64,000 nt of DNA, taken from positions 6,615 to 70,614 of the IMG/VR virus record IMGVR_UViG_3300010035_000001, one strand, 5' to 3'. Made by a program: the position numbers and the translations under genes. Positions 1 through 7,763 of the stretch are shown here, one piece after another. Origin of the DNA: a virus. A model generated the notes under the pieces. That model made no database searches and was not told the origin of the DNA. It saw nothing but the letters and a program-made list of their open reading frames with translations. The first letter of the stretch is position 1. Each line of letters starts with the position of its first letter.

Positions 1-171
1 GATTTCATCTTTTGATGCTTCGGACTCTGCCGCTAGCGAAATCAATTCGTCATGCGACATCAATCCCAACTCAGGATCATACTCTGCGCGTTTGAGGTAG
101 CCACCAAGGCCCAGTGGAAAAACACCATCAACAGGTTCTGTGGGTTCTAAATCTGCAAGCTGTGTATGCAT
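1..171 (-). CDS. hypothetical protein, partial (runs off left edge)
   Basis: ATG at 171 after AAGGGG SD; frame open to position 1 (MHTQLADLEPTEPVDGVFPLGLGGYLKRAEYDPELG...). Confidence 0.55.
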   Translation of the reverse strand, partial: MHTQLADLEPTEPVDGVFPLGLGGYLKRAEYDPELGLMSHDELISLAAESEASKDEI

Positions 172-224
172 CACCCCTTAATCATGGGGTAAATCTGGAA
201 AGGAATCAAGGGGTACTGGATAAA

Positions 225-755
225 TCAACCACGTTTGCGTGCTTCTAAGACATCCAAAATAGATCCGAAATCAGAATGGAACGACGTAACACACCCTGTG
301 AACCACACGGACAGGTCTGGAGACGCCCCGGACCATGCTTCCCATACCAACACATCCCTTCCAAGGAAAGCCCCTAAACTGGCCTCTGAACGTGTCCCAT
401 CCCCTGCGTATTCATCCAACCGGACCAACACAATGTTGGCTCTGGCCAAAAGTCGTTCATCGCACTCCCGCAAAAATCGACAAGCTTGCCGGTACAACCG
501 CGGACTCAAAGTCGGAAGCTGCAACCAAGCATCCAAGACGAACAAATCCCAACCCAGAAACCGCGCCAATTCGTACTCAACCCCTTCCGTGGGATCGATC
601 ACACTGTAGCCAGCCATCTGCAATTTAGGTCTCACTTCTTGTCGCCAACCGACACCACGATCAGGTGCATGATCAATCGCACCCGACAGATAGATCGCTT
701 CCTTCCGCCTGCAAATGAAGGAAAACACCAATCGCCTCCAGACTTCCCGAATCAT
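225..755 (-). CDS. nucleoside 2-deoxyribosyltransferase-like / nucleotide N-glycosidase family protein
   Basis: IYLSGAID...GWRQ...GYSVIDP N-terminal motif and D-x-x-LLARANIVLVRLD...GTRSEAS...VLVW core; start moved to ATG 755 (GAGGA SD). Confidence 0.7.
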   Translation of the reverse strand: MIREVWRRLVFSFICRRKEAIYLSGAIDHAPDRGVGWRQEVRPKLQMAGYSVIDPTEGVEYELARFLGWDLFVLDAWLQLPTLSPRLYRQACRFLRECDERLLARANIVLVRLDEYAGDGTRSEASLGAFLGRDVLVWEAWSGASPDLSVWFTGCVTSFHSDFGSILDVLEARKRG

Positions 756-762
756 ACTGTCC

Positions 763-1125
763 TCAGCAATTGAAGTATGGGAAAAAGCCACTGAGACCAA
801 CACCAAACAACACACCAAACGCCCACCAAAATACACGAATTCGTGTTGATCTACCAAAAACATTCGACCGAAGCCTTTTGCAAACCATTGGAGTTGGATC
901 CGGCTCAGGGTACCACTTCACCAGTTGCCATTTGTAGTACCGTAGCGCAGCCTGACATGCGTCCAACTCTTGATCCAACCGATCTGCTGCCTCTTTCCCT
1001 CGAGAATCCCCCACAAAAGCTTCAATATTCCGAGACAAAGACCCAGCATCTATCTCTAGTTGTTTGATTTCTGACTTAAGTTGAATGCCAGTCAGACCTA
1101 CTTTGATCTTGTAATCCATGATCAC
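763..1125 (-). CDS. hypothetical protein with coiled coil and C-terminal transmembrane helix
   Basis: GTG start after GGAGGG; C-terminal VFWWAFGVLFGVGLSGFF hydrophobic stretch. Confidence 0.65.
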   Translation of the reverse strand: MIMDYKIKVGLTGIQLKSEIKQLEIDAGSLSRNIEAFVGDSRGKEAADRLDQELDACQAALRYYKWQLVKWYPEPDPTPMVCKRLRSNVFGRSTRIRVFWWAFGVLFGVGLSGFFPYFNC

Positions 1126-1145
1126 CCTCCCAAGTCTACAATAAA

Positions 1146-1174
1146 ACCATACACCATTTTGGAGGGTTTGAAAA
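1146..1174 (-). promoter_or_regulatory. putative sigma70-type promoter P1 with spacer palindrome variant CTCCAAAATGGTG
   Basis: TTTTCA-17 nt-TATGGT in the 1126-1183 intergenic gap; weak -35. Confidence 0.4.
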
Positions 1175-1183
1175 GAGAAAAGA

Positions 1184-2005
1184 TCAAAAATTCGTGATCA
1201 GTACCTCTCCGACCTTTCCACGCTTTTTGGTGTTACTGTTCACCCCACGTCCCACCCGAACAGTACTGATCAAAAATTTGGAATACCTGTTATGGATCCA
1301 TTCAGTATCGGAATTCGACAAAATCCATCTGACTTCTCGATCATGCAACTTCTCCAACGTAACAGCCAACCGCTCCTGATCATCCATACTAAATCCATCC
1401 GGCGTATAAGCCGTGAAATTCGCAGTAGCAGTCAATGGAACATAAGGTGGATCCAAATAAACCAAATCGCCTGAACCAGCGGATTTAATCGCCCTTTGAA
1501 AATCCTCCACAGACAAAGCTACATCCCACATCCGAAGGAGGGTATTCACAGCCAACAAATTTTCCCGATCACAAATCAAAGGGTTCTTATGCCGCCCAAA
1601 CGGAACATTGAACTTTCCCTTGGAATTCACTCGATACATCCCGTTGAAGCCAGTTTTGTTCAAATAGATCATCCGAGCGGCAACTACATCGTCCGGAAGG
1701 CCTTCAAGGTCCAACGCCCGTTCTGCCAAATAGAAATCCTTGTCATACGGCATTTTCTCCAACCGGAGAATCACCCTTTGCACAAACACCTGCAACGTCT
1801 TCCAGGTGACAATCAGCTCACGATTCATGTCGGATAGGTAACATCGTCTGGGTGCAATTCCATTCCGATACATCCCAAAGAAAACAGCCCCACCTCCCAA
1901 AAATGGCTCGTAATAGTCTCGAACAGAACCAATCAATGGGAGGATCGAATCCAACGATCGGCCTTTCCCCCCTACCCACTTCAAGAAAGGTCTAGGATTT
2001 TTCAT
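1184..2005 (-). CDS. dam: Dam-like DNA adenine methyltransferase (D12 class, alpha group)
   Basis: FLKWVGGK, YYEPFLGGGAVFF (motif I), YLNKTGFNGMYRVNSKGKFNVPFG, LVYLDPPY (motif IV), WILSNS; start placed at MKNPRPF. Confidence 0.93.
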   Translation of the reverse strand: MKNPRPFLKWVGGKGRSLDSILPLIGSVRDYYEPFLGGGAVFFGMYRNGIAPRRCYLSDMNRELIVTWKTLQVFVQRVILRLEKMPYDKDFYLAERALDLEGLPDDVVAARMIYLNKTGFNGMYRVNSKGKFNVPFGRHKNPLICDRENLLAVNTLLRMWDVALSVEDFQRAIKSAGSGDLVYLDPPYVPLTATANFTAYTPDGFSMDDQERLAVTLEKLHDREVRWILSNSDTEWIHNRYSKFLISTVRVGRGVNSNTKKRGKVGEVLITNF

Positions 2006-2147
2006 TCTTGTCCCGATTTCTCTTTCGGCCATAGATTGACCTTGGTTTTTGTTCGACAACAGGCTGGTAAACCACTTTCGCGGCGCAGTAACAAATCAAA
2101 CTACCTTGAGGAAAACAATGAATGGTGATCTCAGTCCCATCTATCAC
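1992..2147 (-). CDS. small hypothetical protein (51 aa)
   Basis: GTG after TAAGGAG SD; fills the gap between the two methyltransferases and overlaps the dam start. Confidence 0.45.
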   Translation of the reverse strand: MIDGTEITIHCFPQGSLICYCAAKVVYQPVVEQKPRSIYGRKRNRDKNEKS

Positions 2148-2163
2148 GGCTTGGTAGCACTCC

Positions 2164-2916
2164 TTAGGTTTTCGCGGTGGTTGATATCTTCCTCCCAAAA
2201 CGGGCCTCCATCACAGCTATGGCCTGCGGATTGGTATCAACCAAGACACACCGACGACTGTGTTTCAGCGCCGCTGCCCCAAACGTACCAGAGCCCGCAA
2301 AACAGTCCAACAAACGATCCCCCGTATACGAATGCACCTTTACAATCCGCTCCAACACCCCCAATGGCTTTTGAGTCGGATATCCCGTCTTCTCCTTACC
2401 ATTAGTTGGGACGATTGTATGCCACCAACAATCTGTAGGTGTCTTGCCCCGAGCCACCTTTTCGGCTGACACCAAACCCGGCGCCATGTAAGGAATCCGA
2501 TCCATCTGATCAAAGTTGAACGTGTATTTCTTGGGGTGTTTGGAATACCAAAAAATCATGTCGTGCTTCCGAGACCACCTTTTCGTAGCCCGACCACCAA
2601 AGTCATAGGCCCAGATAATCTGATTTTGGAAGCAATTCCTACCAAAAACACCATCCAGAGCCACCTTGGCGTAGTGCCCTTCACGCTCATCCATATGCAG
2701 AAAAAGCGATCCATGGGGTCTCAACAACCGGTGGCCTTCCTGCAAGAAAGGCAACAACCATTCTTGGTAATCTTCCCGATCATCCTCATAGGACAATTCA
2801 CCACGTTGCCGCGTCTTTCGGGTATTGAATGGTGGATCAAAATAGAGCAGATCAAAAAACTCACCCTCATGGGCTTTCATCCACTCCAGACCATCCGCAT
2901 GCACGATTTCTAACAT
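2164..2916 (-). CDS. beta-class N4-cytosine/N6-adenine DNA methyltransferase (orphan)
   Basis: DLLYFDPPFN (motif IV) before YPTQKPLGVLERIV and LLDCFAGSGT (motif I), which is the beta-group order. Confidence 0.92.
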   Translation of the reverse strand: MLEIVHADGLEWMKAHEGEFFDLLYFDPPFNTRKTRQRGELSYEDDREDYQEWLLPFLQEGHRLLRPHGSLFLHMDEREGHYAKVALDGVFGRNCFQNQIIWAYDFGGRATKRWSRKHDMIFWYSKHPKKYTFNFDQMDRIPYMAPGLVSAEKVARGKTPTDCWWHTIVPTNGKEKTGYPTQKPLGVLERIVKVHSYTGDRLLDCFAGSGTFGAAALKHSRRCVLVDTNPQAIAVMEARFGRKISTTAKT

Positions 2917-3140
2917 TCAACCCAATCCTGATTTACCCACCAAGGATCAAAAAGTAATTCACCATACCGATTGTCAAAGTAGGCCATCTTGTGGCGCCCG
3001 ACATGACGACAGAAGGTGTCCGCAAAGAATCGAATACCAACATAAGCTTCCGCCACCGAAAACCCTTTTTGACGCAACCGAATCACTTCCAAGGCCAATG
3101 CTCTGGAGACTTCCTCAACTGTTGTGGCCGGATTTTTCAT
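2910..3140 (-). CDS. hypothetical protein (76 aa)
   Basis: ATGA overlap with the endolysin stop; 3' overlap with the MTase start. Confidence 0.6.
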   Translation of the reverse strand: MKNPATTVEEVSRALALEVIRLRQKGFSVAEAYVGIRFFADTFCRHVGRHKMAYFDNRYGELLFDPWWVNQDWVEC

Positions 3141-4123
3141 TTTTCTGGAAACCACCTTGCCTGCAACCACCCATGCGACTGCAGACGATTTCGGAGAGCC
3201 ATTGCTGTTCTGGGGCCAACGACCCCATCCACACCGAGGCGCATCATTCTCTGGAAGGTCTTTACAGCCCGTTCAGTCCGCTCCGAATCGACCTCTTGGA
3301 GGAACACAGGGTAACCCAAGAGCAAAAGCCCCAAACGGGCCGTGGTCGGCTCACAGACCCCTTTAACTTTCATCAAATCGTTCTCTACCTGCTTCAAACG
3401 ATTCTCCCCATCGCTGTAGCCTCGCAGAAAAGACCACGTTTGAACAACCGATCGAGCCCCACGCAAGGGACCCCCCTGTTGGATCCGTACAATCCGTCGA
3501 AAATAATCCGCATCAAAAGGATTCTCGACCGCATTCCGCATGAATGTCAGCGGGAACAATGGGCCAGGATCTTTCTTTGATTGCTGAACGGCCGAATGCG
3601 GCAAAATTGTCTCCTGACAAATCTTTGGAAATCGATCCCTCATTTGGATCATCAAATCCCGCACTGTCTCCAACTGACCAACTGGGTACCTCCCCCAGGC
3701 ATGGCCAAGGACCTTCACCCGCCCCGGAGACCAATTCTTTTTGGCCATACCCGGATTGACAATCTCAATACCAAAATGGGTTTTATTCACCGACTTTGAA
3801 CCGGCATGCCAAGCCGACTTCTCCAACGGAACACACTGGACGACGATTGCCGGCAAACCCCGAATCAACGGCAAATCTCCTGCCAACTCCCTGTCTTTGT
3901 CGGTCCAATCATACCCAACCACGAAATGTGCAGACGCCTTGGATTGATATCGTCGGCGCATAAACCAACGAGTAGCCCCCAAGTAGGAATTTCCCCCAGT
4001 GTAATGGAGGATCACCCCATTGGGCTCAAACTCATTGTAAAACCAGGGTGAAGTCCTCTCAGTGATCCCATGTGCCTCAAAAACACGCCCAGAAAAAATC
4101 CGCAACTGATCAAAAAAGTCCAT
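3137..4123 (-). CDS. endolysin: N-acetylmuramoyl-L-alanine amidase (Amidase_2) with C-terminal peptidoglycan-binding domain
   Basis: GVILHYT, SAHFVVG, AWHAG, GIEIVN, ILPHS...KKDPGPLFP zinc amidase motifs; AVKTFQRMMRLGVDGVVGPRT PG-binding motif. Confidence 0.9.
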   Translation of the reverse strand: MDFFDQLRIFSGRVFEAHGITERTSPWFYNEFEPNGVILHYTGGNSYLGATRWFMRRRYQSKASAHFVVGYDWTDKDRELAGDLPLIRGLPAIVVQCVPLEKSAWHAGSKSVNKTHFGIEIVNPGMAKKNWSPGRVKVLGHAWGRYPVGQLETVRDLMIQMRDRFPKICQETILPHSAVQQSKKDPGPLFPLTFMRNAVENPFDADYFRRIVRIQQGGPLRGARSVVQTWSFLRGYSDGENRLKQVENDLMKVKGVCEPTTARLGLLLLGYPVFLQEVDSERTERAVKTFQRMMRLGVDGVVGPRTAMALRNRLQSHGWLQARWFPEK

Positions 4124-4126
4124 CTC

Positions 4127-5131
4127 TCACCCCATCTGCCAAATACAGATTGTTAAAGATCCAGAGTCCAACCGCAATGGGTGGCCTACATCTCCAGTGT
4201 AGCACAGGCGAGTTGAAGACTCAGGAGCATGCTTTAACGCCTCTTGAAGCACCTTCCCATTGATCTGCACCCATCCTTCTTGGTGACCTTGTGCATGATC
4301 CACCTCCACCGACGCTGTGATCACTTTACCCACACCCCCCTCTTCCCACGCACGCAACGTCAACAACCCCTCACCGAATTCAAGCTTGATTATCCCCAAA
4401 GCCGCCAAAGCCGCTGTTTGCCGCACCACTTCAAACAGTTCCTTTGTCGAAAAAAAATAGACAGCCCCGGTGGTATGCTCCGGGATAATCCCATTCGTGT
4501 CCGGAAAACCCACATTGACCAAGGGACTGTATCGGACTTCTTCCTCACCAATGAGAAAAAATCCATATGCCCGATCAAAGTAAGTCCGTACCTTGCCCTT
4601 CGGCCACGTCTTAAACAACTTGGCTGGAATCAATCCCTGCCAACGACCTTTCACCTTGGCTCGCGCCAAACGCCCCTTTGCCAAGGACTCCACATAGTCT
4701 GGATGAAAATGAACCACCCCATAGTCCTCTAACGTTTTCCCAGCCGCATGGGTAGCCGCCTTGACGTTTTGCCACAACACACACTCCTCAAAAAGATCTA
4801 ACGGTGGGATGTTCAAAAAAACACTATACGCATTGACATCCAATCCTTTCAGCAAATAATCCGCTGATTCAGACCGCAAATAGTAATCCCCATACCCGAC
4901 TGGGGTAAATGACAGGCTCCCAGTATCCTTGACCGCAGTCTTGATCACAGTTGCATCAAACAAAGCATTCGGAAGGGTCTCCTCTACGAACACCACCGAA
5001 GTAACGATGCCATCCGACCCACAAACCCAACTGGGACATCCTTCCGCTCCGGGAATCAAACGAAGCAATTTGGCCTCGTCCTTTTTCGTGGGCAATAGTT
5101 TGAGAGCCCGTGCCAAAGCTTTTTTAAGTTC
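4127..5131 (-). CDS. DNA sliding clamp (beta-clamp/DnaN-like), divergent
   Basis: 334 aa, beta-clamp-like size; N-terminus ELKKALARALKLLP; C-terminus QINGKVLQEALKH...LCYTGDVGHPLRL...ICIWQM resembles the DnaN tail. Confidence 0.6.
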   Translation of the reverse strand, partial: ELKKALARALKLLPTKKDEAKLLRLIPGAEGCPSWVCGSDGIVTSVVFVEETLPNALFDATVIKTAVKDTGSLSFTPVGYGDYYLRSESADYLLKGLDVNAYSVFLNIPPLDLFEECVLWQNVKAATHAAGKTLEDYGVVHFHPDYVESLAKGRLARAKVKGRWQGLIPAKLFKTWPKGKVRTYFDRAYGFFLIGEEEVRYSPLVNVGFPDTNGIIPEHTTGAVYFFSTKELFEVVRQTAALAALGIIKLEFGEGLLTLRAWEEGGVGKVITASVEVDHAQGHQEGWVQINGKVLQEALKHAPESSTRLCYTGDVGHPLRLDSGSLTICIWQMG

Positions 5132-5735
5132 CATAGGTCCGCACCCATCCAAAGTCCAACGCCAGACCACGACGCAATGGATCCAACACTGTCTCAGTTA
5201 CCTTGCCTTCCAAAAATTCCAACAAGCGTTTTGTCGCTGTAGGCAACCCTTTTCGTTTGATCCGTTTCATGTAGGTATGATAACACCTGCAACACAAACC
5301 CAAAGCACGATGGGAACGAGTCTCTGTACCACAATTCAAGCAACCGTAGAGACCATGTTTTTTGCACCAATAATCAGACACAAGCCACTTCAGCATTTCC
5401 CGAAATTGTTCATCCGAAATCATATACGACCCAGTGGGACTCGTTTTTTTCCACTTCTGCCCCAGCCCCCCACGAGCACGCAAGAAATGAGACATACTAT
5501 ACCCGGAAATCCGACAGACATCCTGAAGGCTATACGTGCCTCGACTTAAACCACCCGGGCCTACGAGCACCCGTGCTTTAGCGTAAACGGCCGCCCGAGA
5601 TCTGCCCCCCGGGTGGTTGGGCCATTCCGGATAACTGTCCCCTGTATTCCGCTGAAACCACTGAATCCCTGATGTACCCAATCCTTGTAACAAGACATTA
5701 GATTCCTGTTTTGACCACTTCTTACCCTTCCCCAT
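5124..5735 (-). CDS. putative DNA-binding protein (Myb-like HTH, winged HTH, Cys/His zinc finger)
   Basis: KKWSKQE..LL and RSRAAVYAKA; YSLQDVCRISGYS; CLNCG...HRALGLCCRCY. Confidence 0.5.
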   Translation of the reverse strand: MGKGKKWSKQESNVLLQGLGTSGIQWFQRNTGDSYPEWPNHPGGRSRAAVYAKARVLVGPGGLSRGTYSLQDVCRISGYSMSHFLRARGGLGQKWKKTSPTGSYMISDEQFREMLKWLVSDYWCKKHGLYGCLNCGTETRSHRALGLCCRCYHTYMKRIKRKGLPTATKRLLEFLEGKVTETVLDPLRRGLALDFGWVRTYGT

Positions 5736-6423
5736 TGTCTTCTTCCTTTTTTTCTGCTGCAGCGATCCTTGCACGCACCGCAGCTGTCCGATCCCGGGCA
5801 AGCATCAATGCTGCTTTTCGGGATTCATCAAGAGACAATTGGGGTTTCAAATTCGGTCTAGACGTATCCATGTCCCTAGGTACAAGCTCTGTTCCAATAC
5901 CCTGTCTTAACTCATCCAAATGCTTAGACAAGCTCACCAAGGCCCGTAACATTCCCTCTAATGAGTTTGGCTCAATCTTCATCTGGGTAGTCAAAGCCAT
6001 GCTCTTATCAAACAATTCAGTCATGTTCTTTAAAGTCTGAACACGGCCATTCACAATCTGTCGGCCTATCTCCTGTTCAAACTTGGCAGTGAGACCTTGA
6101 AAATACTGTTTCCGTCTCTCTACCCAATTATCTTCAACACACCATTTCTGGAGTGTCGACAAACAAACTCCAAACTCAGGCATCGCCGCTAAATCGCGCA
6201 AACCCAAAGACTCACAACTTGTCCTGTATATGATGCCTGCCTTTTCTCGTAACCAAACTCCCCCTTCATTCCGTTCTGCTTCCTGACAATTACCCAATTT
6301 CTGTTCAATCAATCTCAACTTTGCCTGGGCGGATGTCTCGGTCCGAATGATATCCGGCTTCACGTACGTTGCTTTCAACGTCGTGACCCGGAACAACGGT
6401 GGTCTTTTTTTCCGCCCAGCCAT
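5722..6423 (-). CDS. HTH protein, possible terminase small subunit
   Basis: LRDLAAMPEFGVCLSTLQKWCVEDNWVERRKQY HTH followed by long helical region. Confidence 0.45.
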   Translation of the reverse strand: MAGRKKRPPLFRVTTLKATYVKPDIIRTETSAQAKLRLIEQKLGNCQEAERNEGGVWLREKAGIIYRTSCESLGLRDLAAMPEFGVCLSTLQKWCVEDNWVERRKQYFQGLTAKFEQEIGRQIVNGRVQTLKNMTELFDKSMALTTQMKIEPNSLEGMLRALVSLSKHLDELRQGIGTELVPRDMDTSRPNLKPQLSLDESRKAALMLARDRTAAVRARIAAAEKKEEDNGEG

Positions 6424-6425
6424 TT

Positions 6426-6722
6426 TCAATTCCTCGTGTCGTGCATCCCTTTCAACCGCCTATTCAACTCCACCCTCAAATCAGACCATTCCTCTTGCAT
6501 GATACCCGCATATCGCTGTTCTTCCATAGGGGAAGCATCGTCAAAATCATCCACCTCAAAATTGACACTCAACTTGCCTATCTTATCAACCTTCACATCA
6601 GCGGAGACCTTTTCCAAATCTACATCCAAAGCTTTCGCAATCCGCATGGTCCCGAGTTCAATCATCTCCCTGAGAATCAATTCTCGATTCAACAAAAACA
6701 GACCGTCTTCCATGTCCGTCAT
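6426..6722 (-). CDS. acidic hypothetical protein
   Basis: ORF track; ATGA overlap with ruvC stop. Confidence 0.65.
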   Translation of the reverse strand: MTDMEDGLFLLNRELILREMIELGTMRIAKALDVDLEKVSADVKVDKIGKLSVNFEVDDFDDASPMEEQRYAGIMQEEWSDLRVELNRRLKGMHDTRN

Positions 6723-7357
6723 GATTTAACTCCCGTGTTGGCTTTCCAAAACCATTCTGTTGCAATGATCCCGTGTCCAGCCGCATCCGCAATGTGTTCA
6801 ACCCCCACAACCAAAGACTTGTTTAGAGCAAACGCTAGGCCGTCTACCTCAGCGCAAACCGAATCCTGAATCAAAAATTTTTCACTTTTTCGTGTTTGAA
6901 GAAATCTATTCGCCAAAGACGCAGCTATTGATATCCGAACAAATGCATTCGTAATCCCGGAAAGGCCCACAATACACCCATAAACTGCCATTGCTTTAAT
7001 CGCATCATTCTGTGAACCGACCTTGATTTGATGCCTATTCAGCACGTAAGCCTCCACCCCTATTACTTTTGGTTGGTAGAGCTTAAGTATCTCATCGTAT
7101 TTTCGAGCAATCATTACGTAGCGTCGAAGATCCTCGTCCATCACCCTATGCTTACTGCTTTTCCGAATCTCTTTCATCGGGATGCTTGGCGAAGTCGGGA
7201 TGTAAACTGCCCTGATTATATAAAACTCCCTCTTGGGAGTACAGCCCAAGACAGCAACACCCGTACTAGCAAAGCCAGGATCAACACCAACGACAATGAG
7301 GTCATTTGGTGTTTTCAACCGGCCGCGTAAAACAAGATCTTTTCGATCAATCTTCAT
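6719..7357 (-). CDS. ruvC: RuvC-like Holliday junction resolvase
   Basis: VVGVDPGFASTGVAVL, VIGVEAY, HIADAAGHG catalytic motifs. Confidence 0.88.
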   Translation of the reverse strand: MKIDRKDLVLRGRLKTPNDLIVVGVDPGFASTGVAVLGCTPKREFYIIRAVYIPTSPSIPMKEIRKSSKHRVMDEDLRRYVMIARKYDEILKLYQPKVIGVEAYVLNRHQIKVGSQNDAIKAMAVYGCIVGLSGITNAFVRISIAASLANRFLQTRKSEKFLIQDSVCAEVDGLAFALNKSLVVGVEHIADAAGHGIIATEWFWKANTGVKS

Positions 7358-7763
7358 TGTCCAATGCTTCCAGGGTTTCCACGACCTCGGATCGTTCCAT
7401 CCGAGTGAACTTGCAAAACTCGATATTGGAGGTCACTACCAAAATAGGCTTGGCCAACTTTTTTCCCAACTCCGTTCGAAGTTCCTTCACAAATGAAGTC
7501 GAGGCAGTCACCGGGACACTCACCACCTGGTACCGTCCCAAGGGCTTATCCAACATGTAAGCCCCGGCCTCAATCAATTCCCCCTCTTGATTCTTGGCAA
7601 AGACTTCAATCTTCCAAAAAGTCGATGTCCGCTTTCGTTTCTTCTTCTTTTTCTTCACAAGACCTTTCCGGCGAGCATCATTCTTGGCCCGTACTTCGTT
7701 GTACTTCTCAATCAATTCATCTTCCGTGGAACCCACTTCAGCTGTTTTCGGATTCTGATCCAT
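7347..7763 (-). CDS. hypothetical protein with basic KKKKKKRKR tract
   Basis: GGAGG SD; overlaps neighbours on both sides. Confidence 0.7.
   Translation of the reverse strand: MDQNPKTAEVGSTEDELIEKYNEVRAKNDARRKGLVKKKKKKRKRTSTFWKIEVFAKNQEGELIEAGAYMLDKPLGRYQVVSVPVTASTSFVKELRTELGKKLAKPILVVTSNIEFCKFTRMERSEVVETLEALDNED

Noticed and set aside
172-190. Hairpin ACCCC-N8-GGGGT covering the SD of the leftmost partial gene
   Set aside because: Only a 5-bp stem, too weak to distinguish from chance without homologues
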